Positions 19,780-29,052 of a stretch of DNA of 64,000 nucleotides are shown here, in pieces. The DNA lies in contig CAVQUB010000006.1 of the NCBI GenBank assembly GCA_963716725.1, positions 64,001 to 128,000 of the forward strand. Reading direction: 5' to 3'. The notes under the pieces were generated by a model. That model had not been told where the DNA came from. It was given only the letters and a program-made list of their open reading frames with translations, and did no database searches. The translations under genes were made by a program, and so were the position numbers. Position 1 is the stretch's first letter. Each line of letters opens with the position of its first letter. This stretch comes from an uncultured delta proteobacterium (GTDB taxonomy: Bacteria > Myxococcota_A > Polyangia > Polyangiales > Polyangiaceae).

Positions 19780-20417
19780 AGTTCCTGATCGATCTGTTGC
19801 GGTCCCCGCAATCTGCGCTCGAGGCTTGTGCAAACGTCGACCAGCAGCGACAGATCGCGGTGACGAGCCTCTGGGTGATCGCTCTGGGTGGCGTGCTCTT
19901 TGGGGCGGCAGTGGGTTCGTTTCGTGGCTTCCCGCAGTTCGGGATCGCGGCGCTCAAGCTGCCCGTGGTCACACTCCTGACCCTGGCCGCAGCTGGACCC
20001 GCGTTCCATGGCATTGCATCCGCCGTGGATCGGCGGCTCTCCTTCCGCACCACTCTCGCAATCGTGCTCTGCGCCGGCGCGCGCAGCAGCCTGGTATTGA
20101 TCGCCATCGCTCCGCTCTTGGCCCTCGCGGTGGACTTCGGAGCCGCGTACCCCCTGGTACGCCTGGCCGCGCTGGTCAGCTACGGGCTCGCCGGACTGTC
20201 CGCGCTCGCCTTCGTTCTGCGCGCGTTTGGACCTGGAACGGGCCGCCTCTTGGGAACCTTCAGCTTCGTGCTGACCTTCCTGGTGATCGGCGCCCAAACG
20301 GCCTGGCTGTTTCGTCCCTATCTGGGTTCCCCGCGGGATGCGTCCGTTCCGCTCTTCGCGCATGGACGCATCGAAGGAGGCTTGCTCGGTGCACTCACGA
20401 GGAGCGGAGCCCCGTGA
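19776..20417 (+). CDS. Multi-pass Yip1-like membrane protein
   Basis: GTG start overlapping the upstream stop; KLPVVTLLTL and GAQTAWLFRPYLGSP motifs; about five TMs. Confidence 0.7.
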   Translation: MKFLIDLLRSPQSALEACANVDQQRQIAVTSLWVIALGGVLFGAAVGSFRGFPQFGIAALKLPVVTLLTLAAAGPAFHGIASAVDRRLSFRTTLAIVLCAGARSSLVLIAIAPLLALAVDFGAAYPLVRLAALVSYGLAGLSALAFVLRAFGPGTGRLLGTFSFVLTFLVIGAQTAWLFRPYLGSPRDASVPLFAHGRIEGGLLGALTRSGAP

Positions 20418-20992
20418 CCCTGGTCGGGCTGATCTGCCTCTACGTGATGGTCGGGCTGGGCTTTGCCTTGCAGCAACTACTCCGCGAGCCGCGGTGGACG
20501 TGGCGCGGGCTGGGCGCTGCAGCAGCGGCGCTCGTCGTCTGGCCGTTGTGGATCCCCTTTGTGCACGCTCCAGCTGAGCGCTGCACCAAGCCGACCGGAA
20601 GCGATCGGCGTCCGGCCTGTGCGCGCGTGGACAGCGCGCTCGTGTGCGCGCGGTCGCGGGTGGTCGCCACCCCGCTCGATGGAATCCTGACTCAACGCGA
20701 CGTCGCGGGGATCTGCGAGCAGGTCCACCGGGTTGCAGATCGGATCGAAGCGCTGGAGGCGGAACTGACCCGCCTCCGCAACGGAGAGACCAAGGGTTCG
20801 CCGCGGCGGGACAGCTGCGCTGAACGCGTGGAGCACGCGCTCGAGCGGGACCGGCGCGCCCTCGATGAACTGGGAGAGCTGGCCGACGCCCTCGCGACCG
20901 AGCTCACCCTAGCCCAGTGCGGACACTCGGGCAGCGTGGAGAGCCTGATCGCCGAGCTGTCCGCGCGGCTCGAAGCGCTGACCACGGCCTAA
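20414..20992 (+). CDS. Two-TM protein with a C-terminal coiled coil
   Basis: GTGA overlap; WPLWIPF after TM2; heptad-rich RIEALEAELTRL and LDELGELADAL. Confidence 0.7.
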   Translation: MTLVGLICLYVMVGLGFALQQLLREPRWTWRGLGAAAAALVVWPLWIPFVHAPAERCTKPTGSDRRPACARVDSALVCARSRVVATPLDGILTQRDVAGICEQVHRVADRIEALEAELTRLRNGETKGSPRRDSCAERVEHALERDRRALDELGELADALATELTLAQCGHSGSVESLIAELSARLEALTTA

Positions 20993-21037
20993 GGCGAGAG
21001 TCGAGGTTCGACTGCGGATAGCGTAGCGACGTGATCG

Positions 21038-23284
21038 CTACTCGACCACGCGCCGCCAGATGCCAGCCGCCTCGTCCGCTCCCGAAGCCTCCGAGAGCTG
21101 CGCCAGAAAGCGCGCGCAGGCCACCTCGCCCCGACGATCGCTGACCTCGCGGGCCCGGGCCAGGGCTTCGAGCCCTTCCAGCAACGCCTCGGTGCCCCGC
21201 CCCGCGCTGGCCAGCGCGACGCCGAGCGCGAGGGCTGCACGGCTGCGATCCCCGGCCGGCAAGCTCGTGGCGCCGGCCTTCGCCTGGCGCAGTCGGCGCA
21301 GCGCGTCGGTCACCTGCCCGCGCGCGAGGCTCGCCATGCCTTCGAGCCGATCGGCAACGACGTGTTGCGCGTCGTCGTCGCGGAGCTCCGACGCGAGGAC
21401 CTCCATGGCGGCGTGATCGCCATGCCTGAGCGCCTGCACGAAGCGCTGCGCTGCGACTTCCGCGGACGGCGGCGGCGCCCGCGAGGGGCGATCGGAGATT
21501 GGCGCCGGCATCATCGAGGGCGGCGGCGGCACGTCCGATCGCTGGAGGCCGGCGCGTTCGGCATGCGCACCAGAGAACAGGCCTCGTCGCCGCACCAGCG
21601 CGGGATCGCCACTCTCGCTGAAGACCTCGAGCGCGGCCGCGGTGTCCTCGAGCCCGCCCGCTCGGAGCGCTCCCGCGCCGCGACGCGCGAGCGGTAACGC
21701 GCGATCGACGTCGCCACCAAGCATCGAGTGCGCGGCCGCCGCGACCGAGCACAGCGACTGATCGGCACCGGCGAGAACAGCGGCAGCCGCGCGGTGCAGG
21801 CGCGCCCGTTCGGATTCGGCCAAGGCATCGGTGAGCACGAAACCGAGGGTCGCCGAAGGAAGCGTGAGTCGAGCGCCATCGCGCAGCAGAAGGTCGGCAG
21901 CCTCGAGCGCGTGCAGCATCTCGTGGCCGGGCGGCGCTTCCTTCAGCATACCGAGGAGCGCAGCCAGCTCTTCTTCGTCGGAGTCGCCGCCGAGCACGGC
22001 CAGCGCGCCGAGCACGATCCGCACGCGCGGGTCCCAACGTCGCACGCGCCGGGCCAAGAGCTGCTGGGGAGAGAACGCACCCGCTGGGGTCGCTCGTCTG
22101 ACCAGGGCGTCTTCGCGCAGCGCCAGCTCGGCGCTCTCGAGGGCGTCGGAGAGCGACGCCAAGACCCCGAGCGGCAGTTTTCCGCCCCGCTCGGCCCAGC
22201 GCTTCGCCTCAGCGCCGCGCAGGCGACCGCTCGACAGCTGGCCCACCAGCTCGACGGCAAGCTCCGAGGTCAAAGGCCCGAGCTCGACCTCGAAGGCGCG
22301 GGTCAGGTGCTGCAGCGCCTCGGGAAGCGCGAGCCCGTCGACCACGCGCGCAACGACGGCGAACGCGCCCGACTCCGCCCCGTGCACGACCGCTTCGAGA
22401 GTATCAGCGTCGACCTGCTCCGCGTCGTCGATGAGCACGAGACCTGAGCTGTCTTCGCGACGCAGCAGCGCCGAGAGCAACTCGCTCGAGGTGTCGAGAT
22501 CGAGCCCCTCACCCGCGAGCACGGCTTCGAGTGACTCGGAGAGCCCAGGATCGAGTTCGGCTTGAGCTTCCTTCGCCCGCGCCAGCGCGCGACGGAGCGA
22601 CCCAAGCGGCTCACCGAGCCGCGGCCTCAACCACAAGGTCCGCCGCATGCGCTCGCGTGCGGCGAGCTCTTCGAGCCAGCGCGTACCGCCCGACCCTCGA
22701 CGCCCAGTGACCAGGCCCAGAGTGCCCGGCGGCGGGGCCACGGGATCGCCACCGAGGTAGCGGCTGCGCACCAGCGCGACGGTGGGGAAGCCGCGTTCCG
22801 GCTGCCAGGGGTGTCGGAGATCGAGGCGGACGCCACGGACCCGCGCGCCGCCGAGCAGTCCGATGCGTGAGCCCCGGACCAGCAGCTCCTCGTCGCGCAC
22901 GGCGTCGATCTCGGGATCGAGCAGCACTTCTCCGGAACGGGCCACTCGCGCCAGGGCCCAAGCCATCACCAGCGGCGGGCCCCACGCGAAGGTCAGGCCG
23001 CCAGCCTCGCCGCCGATGGATCCGAGCTCACCTTGCGCAATGCCGACGCTGAAGCCCAGCGCAGGGCTGTCGTCGTCGGTCAAGAGCTCGACCAGGTGTT
23101 CGAGCCCCTCGCGCGGGAACGCGACCGCGAAGCTCGCCGCGTGCCAGGCCACCAGCTTGGCTCCCGTCGACTCGGCGCGGGTAAACACCGCGTGCGCCGC
23201 CACCGCGTACTCTTCCGAGCGGTCGGCGAGCGCCACGGCTCCGCGCCAGCGGAAACACGCGACGATGCGGCCTTCCTCGGTCAT
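21038..23284 (-). CDS. Degenerate cyclase-like + STAND/AAA-like ATPase + TPR protein
   Basis: Cyclase-like SVGIAQGEL...WGPPLVMAWALARVARSGEVLL; Walker A variant GRRGSGGT; Walker B VLIDD; GKLPL; Ala/Leu-rich TPR-like C-terminus. Confidence 0.65.
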   Translation of the reverse strand: MTEEGRIVACFRWRGAVALADRSEEYAVAAHAVFTRAESTGAKLVAWHAASFAVAFPREGLEHLVELLTDDDSPALGFSVGIAQGELGSIGGEAGGLTFAWGPPLVMAWALARVARSGEVLLDPEIDAVRDEELLVRGSRIGLLGGARVRGVRLDLRHPWQPERGFPTVALVRSRYLGGDPVAPPPGTLGLVTGRRGSGGTRWLEELAARERMRRTLWLRPRLGEPLGSLRRALARAKEAQAELDPGLSESLEAVLAGEGLDLDTSSELLSALLRREDSSGLVLIDDAEQVDADTLEAVVHGAESGAFAVVARVVDGLALPEALQHLTRAFEVELGPLTSELAVELVGQLSSGRLRGAEAKRWAERGGKLPLGVLASLSDALESAELALREDALVRRATPAGAFSPQQLLARRVRRWDPRVRIVLGALAVLGGDSDEEELAALLGMLKEAPPGHEMLHALEAADLLLRDGARLTLPSATLGFVLTDALAESERARLHRAAAAVLAGADQSLCSVAAAAHSMLGGDVDRALPLARRGAGALRAGGLEDTAAALEVFSESGDPALVRRRGLFSGAHAERAGLQRSDVPPPPSMMPAPISDRPSRAPPPSAEVAAQRFVQALRHGDHAAMEVLASELRDDDAQHVVADRLEGMASLARGQVTDALRRLRQAKAGATSLPAGDRSRAALALGVALASAGRGTEALLEGLEALARAREVSDRRGEVACARFLAQLSEASGADEAAGIWRRVVE

Positions 23285-23294
23285 GCGGCGGCGC

Positions 23295-24026
23295 TCAGCT
23301 GCCGATCCGGATCTTCTTCTTGAGCTGCGCCAGTTCGTCGTCGACTTCGCTGCCGCCCTTGGGTCCTTCGGCCGCGCCGCCGCCGTACTCCAGCGCGCGG
23401 AACTTTGCCTCGACCTCGTTGCGGGTCAGACCGCCCGGGCCACGACCGCCACCGAGCGCGTCGTCGAGCTCGCGCTGCGCCTGCACCGCGGTCTCGACGC
23501 CTTCAATTTGATCTTCCATCCGACGGAACTCGGAGAACGCGCTGGTGCCGCCGCTGGCGCCGAGCGCCTCGACTCCGCCACCCGCCTTCACCTGCTTCAC
23601 CTGGGCGATGATGGTGCTCTTCTTCGCCTGGATCTCCTCGAGCTTCTGCTCCATGCGCTCGAGCTCGGCCTTCATCTCGAGGGCCGCGCCGCGCTGCTCG
23701 GCGCGGAGCGCCTCCGCACGATCGCGCTCGGCCGTCACGCGCTTCTTTTGCATCAGCGCCTCGCGAGCCAGGTCGTCATCGTCGTGCTGCACCGCCAGCT
23801 CGGCGCGCTTCGACCACTTCTCGACCTCGGCGTCGAGCTCGCCGGTCTTCTGCCGCAGTTGCTTCTCGGCGGCGACCGCGCGCACCACCTCTTGGCGGCC
23901 GGCGCGGACCTGCTCTTTCATCTCCAGGAGCGTCTGCTCGATGGACTTCTTCGGGTCATCCGCTTTGTCGAGCAACGCGTTGAAGTTGCTCGAGATCACG
24001 CGGCCCATTCGATCGAAGATCCCCAT
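23295..24026 (-). CDS. pspA: PspA/IM30 (bacterial ESCRT-III) family protein
   Basis: MGIFDRMGRVISSNFNALLDKADDP, AELAV..DDDLAREAL, FRRMEDQI, VDDELAQLKKK. Confidence 0.92.
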   Translation of the reverse strand: MGIFDRMGRVISSNFNALLDKADDPKKSIEQTLLEMKEQVRAGRQEVVRAVAAEKQLRQKTGELDAEVEKWSKRAELAVQHDDDDLAREALMQKKRVTAERDRAEALRAEQRGAALEMKAELERMEQKLEEIQAKKSTIIAQVKQVKAGGGVEALGASGGTSAFSEFRRMEDQIEGVETAVQAQRELDDALGGGRGPGGLTRNEVEAKFRALEYGGGAAEGPKGGSEVDDELAQLKKKIRIGS

Positions 24027-24072
24027 GGGCGAGACCATGCCACGGACGGACGGGCGTCGCCAGAGGGACCTA

Positions 24073-25486
24073 TCAGCGGTTGGCGATGTGGATGGCGTGG
24101 CCGAGCGAATGCGCCGCCGCCTCCATCAGCGCTTCTCCCAGGGTCGGGTGCGGGTGGACGGTGAGGGCGATGTCCTCGGCCGTGGCTGCCATCTCGAGGG
24201 CCAGCGCCGCCTCGCTGATCAGATCGCTGGCCGAAGGCCCGACGATGTGGATCCCGAGCACGCGCTTGGTCGAAGCGTCGGTCACGATCTTGACGAAGCC
24301 GTCGGTCTCCCGAATGCTCATTGCGCGGCCCAGCGCGGCGAAGGGGAAGCGGCCGACCTTGACGTCGAAGCCCTGTTCCTTGGCGGCCGCTTCGGTGAGC
24401 CCCACCATGGCGATCTCCGGATCCGTGAAGACAATTCCTGGGATCGTCACCCAGTCTTTCGCAGAGGCCTTGCCGGCGATCACCTCGGCGCAGATCTCGC
24501 CCTCTTTGGTGGCTTTGTGGGCGAGCATGGGCGGACCGCTGACGTCCCCCACGGCGTAGATCCCGGGCACGTTGGTCTTGCACTGGGCGTCCGTGGGCAC
24601 GAACCCGCGCTGGTCCACCGTCACCCCGATCTCTTCGAGGCCAATGCCGCGGGAGCGCGGGCGCATGCCGACCGCTACCAGCACGACGTCCGCGTCGATG
24701 CGCTCGCTCTCTCCTCCGGTCGACACCACCACGGCGACGCCGCCGTCGGCGTTCTGCTCCCAGCCCTCGGCCTTGGCCTGCTTGAGCACCCGCCCGCCCT
24801 TCTTGCTGATCGAACGCTCGACGATCTTCACGGCGTCGGGGTCGACGCCGGGCAGCAGGTTCTCCGTCAGCTCGATCACCGTGAGCTTCGCCCCAAAGGC
24901 TTGGTAGACCATGCCCAGCTCGAGCCCGATCACGCCGCCGCCGATCACGACCAGGCGCTTCGGGACCTCGGGCAAGCTGACGGCTTCCCGCGCGCCGATG
25001 ATGCGCCGGCCGTCGAACTCGAAGCCCGGGATCTGGATGGTGGCCGAGCCGGTGGCGATCACGACGCCGCGCGTGGCACGCAGCACGAAGCTGTTCACCG
25101 TTCGCGCGCGTGACCTCGACGGTCTTCGCATCCACCAGGCGGCCCATTCCCTCGATGGCTTCGGCGCCATTCTGCTTGAGCAGGTGGCGCACGCCGCCGG
25201 TGAGCTTCTTGACGAGGCCGTTCTTCCAGCCCTGCATCTTGCCGACGTCGATCGACACCGATCCGAAGCTGAGCCCCTGCTCGCCGGCCTTGCCGGCCTT
25301 TTCGTATTGGTGAGCGGTGCTGATCAGCGCCTTCGAGGGGATGCAGCCCCAGTTCAGGCATACGCCGCCGTACTCTTCGCCCTCGACACAGGCCACAGAG
25401 AGCCCGAGCTGTCCCAGACGAATGGCACAGGGATAACCGCCCGGCCCGCCGCCGAGCACGACCACGTCGAAAGTTCGCTCTTCCAT
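24073..25486 (-). CDS. lpdA: Dihydrolipoamide dehydrogenase; +1 frameshift near 25090
   Basis: GGGPGGY, GGVCLNWGCIPSK, IATGS, GGGVIGLE, GDV..PMLAH, HPHPTLGE, split across two frames. Confidence 0.92.
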
Positions 25487-25580
25487 CGCGCGGCCTCATA
25501 ACATCCTTGCATCCGAGAGACACCTGCTTCGTCGACGTTCCAGCTTGGACCGCGGCGCCGTTCACGCTACGGCCTTCGAG

Positions 25581-25982
25581 ATGCACCCCGAGCAGCGGCG
25601 CGCCGTAACGACGGCTCGGGACGCGCTCCGCTCCATCGCCCTGGCCGCCTCGCTCGTGATCGGCCTTGGTTGCGGCCGGAGCGGCCCGCCGCCGCCCGTC
25701 GACGCGTCACCCGCGGCTTCCAGCCACGGCATCCCTCGAGAGTGCTCCGGGCAACCCTGCTGCGGCGATCCTCCGCGAGCCTGCGGCCAAGTGCTCGATG
25801 AATCGATCGGCAAGCCCTGCGCTTCGGCCTGCGACTGCGCATTTGCTGGTCTCGACTGTCACGAAGGACGCTGCCGTTCCGGCACCGAAGCCGTGTACTG
25901 CTGCGGCGCGTGCCCACCCCACGCTCCGCCCGCGCAGCGCTGCCAACGGCGCGACGGGGCGTACTCGACCTGCGGCTCCTGA
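25581..25982 (+). CDS. Small Cys-rich lipoprotein
   Basis: Lipobox LGC followed by a densely Cys-rich mature domain. Confidence 0.6.
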   Translation: MHPEQRRAVTTARDALRSIALAASLVIGLGCGRSGPPPPVDASPAASSHGIPRECSGQPCCGDPPRACGQVLDESIGKPCASACDCAFAGLDCHEGRCRSGTEAVYCCGACPPHAPPAQRCQRRDGAYSTCGS

Positions 25983-26020
25983 GCGTTCGTGACCCACGCA
26001 GGCCTGGCTGGAGACCGCGC

Positions 26021-27662
26021 TCACGCCAGCGCCACCAGCGACGGCGCGTAGTCTTCGGGCGGCTCGAACCCCATCAACGTGAGCATGGTCGCGGTCAGGT
26101 TGGCGAGACCGGGCTTGTCGATGGACCTGTCGAGCTGCCACTCATCGGCACGCTTCGGATCGAAGAGGATGGCTGGCACCGGGCTCAGGGTATGACTCGT
26201 CTTGGCCTTGGGCCGGCCGTTCTCGGTCTTCACGTTGCCCTTTTTGTCCAGCTCGTACATTTCGTCGGCGTTGCCGTGATCGGCGGTGACGAGCAGGGTG
26301 CCGCCCACCGCCTGGACTTGCTTCACGATGCGCCGAATGCACAGGTCCACGGTCTCCACCGCCAGGCGGGCGGCGTCGAAGTCTGCCGGTGTGCCCCACC
26401 ATGTCGCCGTTGGCGAAGTTGACGCGCAGGAAGTCCCAGCGCCCCGCGCGGGTCGCGTCGAGCAAGGCGTCGGTGATCTCGGCGGCCTTCATCCACGGGC
26501 GCTGCTCGAAGGGCACGCGATCCGAGGGCACCTCGAGGTATTTCTCCAGCTTCTCGTCGATGTAGCCCGAGCGATTGCCGTTCCAGAAATAGGTCACATG
26601 CCCGAACTTCTGCGTCTCTGAGCAGGCCCACGAACGCACCCCGCTGGCGGCGAGGTACTGCCCCAGCGTCCGGTCGATGGCCGGCGGGCTCACCAGAATG
26701 CGCGGCGGCAGGTTGGTGTCGCCGTCGTAGGTCATCATGCCGGCGAAGACGACCTTCGGCTCGACGACGCGCTCGAAGGGCACCGGCAGCCCCAGAAACG
26801 CCTTGCTGATCTCGATCGCGCGATCGCCTCGGAAGTTGAAGAAGACCACCGAGTCGCCGTCCTCGATGGGCGCAAAGGGCTTGCCATCGCGCTGCACGAC
26901 GAAGGGCGGAAGATCTTGGTCGATGACGCCCTCATTCTCGGCGCGCAGCGCCCGGACCGCGGCAGACGCCGACGGGAACTTTGGGCCTTCGCCCAGCACG
27001 TGGGTCTTCCAGCCGCGTTCGACCATCGACCAGTCCGCTTCGTAGCGGTCCATGGTGATGTTCATGCGCCCGCCGCCCGAAGCGATGCCGTAGCGTGGGT
27101 CGACCTCGGCGATCCACTTCTCGAAGGGCTCGGTGTACTCGAGGGCGCTGGTCTCCCCCACGTCGCGTCCGTCGAGCAGCGCGTGCACGGCGACCTTGGC
27201 GACGCCCGCGCGCTTTGCGGCCTCGATCAGCGCCCGCAGGTGATCGAGGTGGCTGTGCACGTTGCCGTCGGAGAACAAGCCGATGAGGTGCAGCGTGCGC
27301 CCGGTCCGGACCACGTTGCCGACGACTTGACGCCAGCCCTCACCTTCGAACAGGCGACCCGAGCTGATGGCGTTGGCGACGAGCTTGGCGCCTTGATCGA
27401 ACACGCGCCCCGCGCCGAGGGCGTTGTGCCCAACTTCGCTGTTGCCCATGTCGGCGTCCGAAGGCATGCCGACCGCAACGCCGTGGGCGGCGATCGCCGT
27501 CCAGGGGCAGGTGGCGAACAGCGCGTCGAGGTTCGGTGTGGCGGCGAGCTCGACGGCATTGCCCGGGCTCGACGGCGCGAGCCCGACGCCATCCATGATC
27601 ACGACGACCAGGGGACCCGGCCGGCGGCCGTGAAATGGGTTCTTCTTCAGCACCAGGCTCAT
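26021..27662 (-). CDS. gpmI: 2,3-BPG-independent phosphoglycerate mutase; +1 frameshift near 26384
   Basis: MDGVG, MGNSEVGH, SDGNVHSH, NFRGDR, ETQKFGHVTYF, NGDMVGHTG, then TADHGNAD and TSH in the next frame. Confidence 0.93.
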
Positions 27663-27686
27663 GCTGTGTTCGTAGTCCAACGCACC

Positions 27687-27708
27687 CCCGACCCCAACCC
27701 CGACCACG
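27687..27708 (+). repeat. Degenerate hexamer tract (CCCGAC-like)
   Basis: CCCGAC CCCAAC CCCGAC CACG, the same unit and orientation as 28834-28870. Confidence 0.5.
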
Positions 27709-27816
27709 CTCCATCGCAGGCCTGGGTCCTCGCAAATGGCAAAACGCAGCTACCGCTACGGGTGGGCGCGGCTGCCGAAGCTGGATGCGGGGCGGAGCAC
27801 CGCCGCCGGTCTTCCG

Positions 27817-28248
27817 TCAACGCGCGGCGGCGTCGACCCACCGAGACGCTGCTGCCGCGAACTCCTCGAGATCGCCGAGGTCGCTGGCCAGGGCCGCATG
27901 GATCAGCGCGTAGTCGACGGTCGCGTAGTGGTGGGCAAGCACGTTGCGCAACCCCGCCCAGCCCTCCATGCGATCGGCGAGGCCGCGTTCGAGCAACCCG
28001 GCGGCGCGCAACCTAGCGAAGGCTTCACGATAGGTTTGTCCCGCGGGCAACTCCGCGTCCGCCGCCGCGTGCAAAGCAACGTCGATCGACGCCTGAGCGG
28101 CCAGGTACATCGCGTGAAGCACCATGTGTTGAGCGTCGCGGTCGTTCTGTAGCCGCTCCAGCGCCACGCTCTCACGATAGCGACGGAGGTCCGACAGGGC
28201 GTCCAGGAGCACGCCCAACCGATGCCGCATGATCTCTGCCTGGACCAC
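27817..28248 (-). CDS. hepT: HepT/DUF86 HEPN ribonuclease toxin (type VII TA)
   Basis: RNVLAHHY (RX4HXY) motif; immediately downstream of the MNT gene. Confidence 0.88.
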   Translation of the reverse strand: MVQAEIMRHRLGVLLDALSDLRRYRESVALERLQNDRDAQHMVLHAMYLAAQASIDVALHAAADAELPAGQTYREAFARLRAAGLLERGLADRMEGWAGLRNVLAHHYATVDYALIHAALASDLGDLEEFAAAASRWVDAAAR

Positions 28249-28668
28249 TCAGCCCCCTGTCGCGAGTCGCTCGCGCAAGCGAGCTTCTCGGAGCGCCAAG
28301 TAGCGCCGAAGCACGGGCTCGAAGTCCAGCGCTCGCGACAACGCCTCGGCCTCCCACCCGTGGCGCATGGATCGGTCGCTGTCGAGTAGCACCCGGCGGT
28401 CGGTCAAAATCGCCTTCACCAGAGCGGGCGGCGCACGGCGCAAGTCGACCAGATCGACGTCGGCGTCCACGGCCCGCGCGAGTCGCTGCTGGAGGCGGCC
28501 GACGTCGGCGAGCTGCGTGAGCCCGTGCTCGCCGGGCATGACGGCGACGTCGATGTCGCGAAAAGTCTCGCCACGCGCAGCCGAACCGAAGAGGTAGGCC
28601 CACACGAGTGAGGTTTCGCCCTCGAGGGACTGACGGAGAGCGCGCTCCACCGACTCGCGCCGAGACAT
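28249..28668 (-). CDS. mntA: MntA minimal nucleotidyltransferase antitoxin
   Basis: AYLFGSAARG..DIDVAV and DVDLVDL. Confidence 0.88.
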   Translation of the reverse strand: MSRRESVERALRQSLEGETSLVWAYLFGSAARGETFRDIDVAVMPGEHGLTQLADVGRLQQRLARAVDADVDLVDLRRAPPALVKAILTDRRVLLDSDRSMRHGWEAEALSRALDFEPVLRRYLALREARLRERLATGG

Positions 28669-28833
28669 TCCGTCAGCGTACCACAACCGGGGTGGCGGCC
28701 CGTTTCAGCGGGCTCCACGTCGACGTCGCCCGCGTGTACTCCAATGCGGATGACGAGCGTGCGGAACTTCGGGCGAACGCCGCGGGCGTCTCGGTGCTCC
28801 ACGTCGGTCTCGAGTGCGGACGCGAGCAGCTCG

Positions 28834-28870
28834 CGACCTCGACCTCGACCCCGACCCCGACCCGGATCCC
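28834..28870 (+). repeat. Hexamer tandem repeat (CGACCY)n
   Basis: CGACCT CGACCT CGACCC CGACCC CGACCC GGATCC. Confidence 0.65.
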
Positions 28871-29052
28871 CCTCATCCGCGAATCGCGACGAATTCCGGG
28901 CGAGTCCGGCCGACTTCTGCTAGGAACCCCTGCCTTCGCGACTCCCGGCTCCTCCGAGCACAGGGGTTCGAGCGCAGCAGGCCTGGACCCCAGAGTCCTT
29001 CCACGAGGCCCAGCCTGCGCTCCGATCGCGACCCCCACCTCAGGATGAGAGC

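Noticed and set aside
24029..24042. Sigma54 promoter for pspA (TGGCATGGTCTCGC)
   Set aside because: Spacing is GG-N9-GC rather than N10, and it lies too close to the start codon.
24073..27662. lpdA and gpmI as pseudogenes
   Set aside because: Each has a single extra base in an otherwise intact housekeeping gene; a consensus error is more likely.
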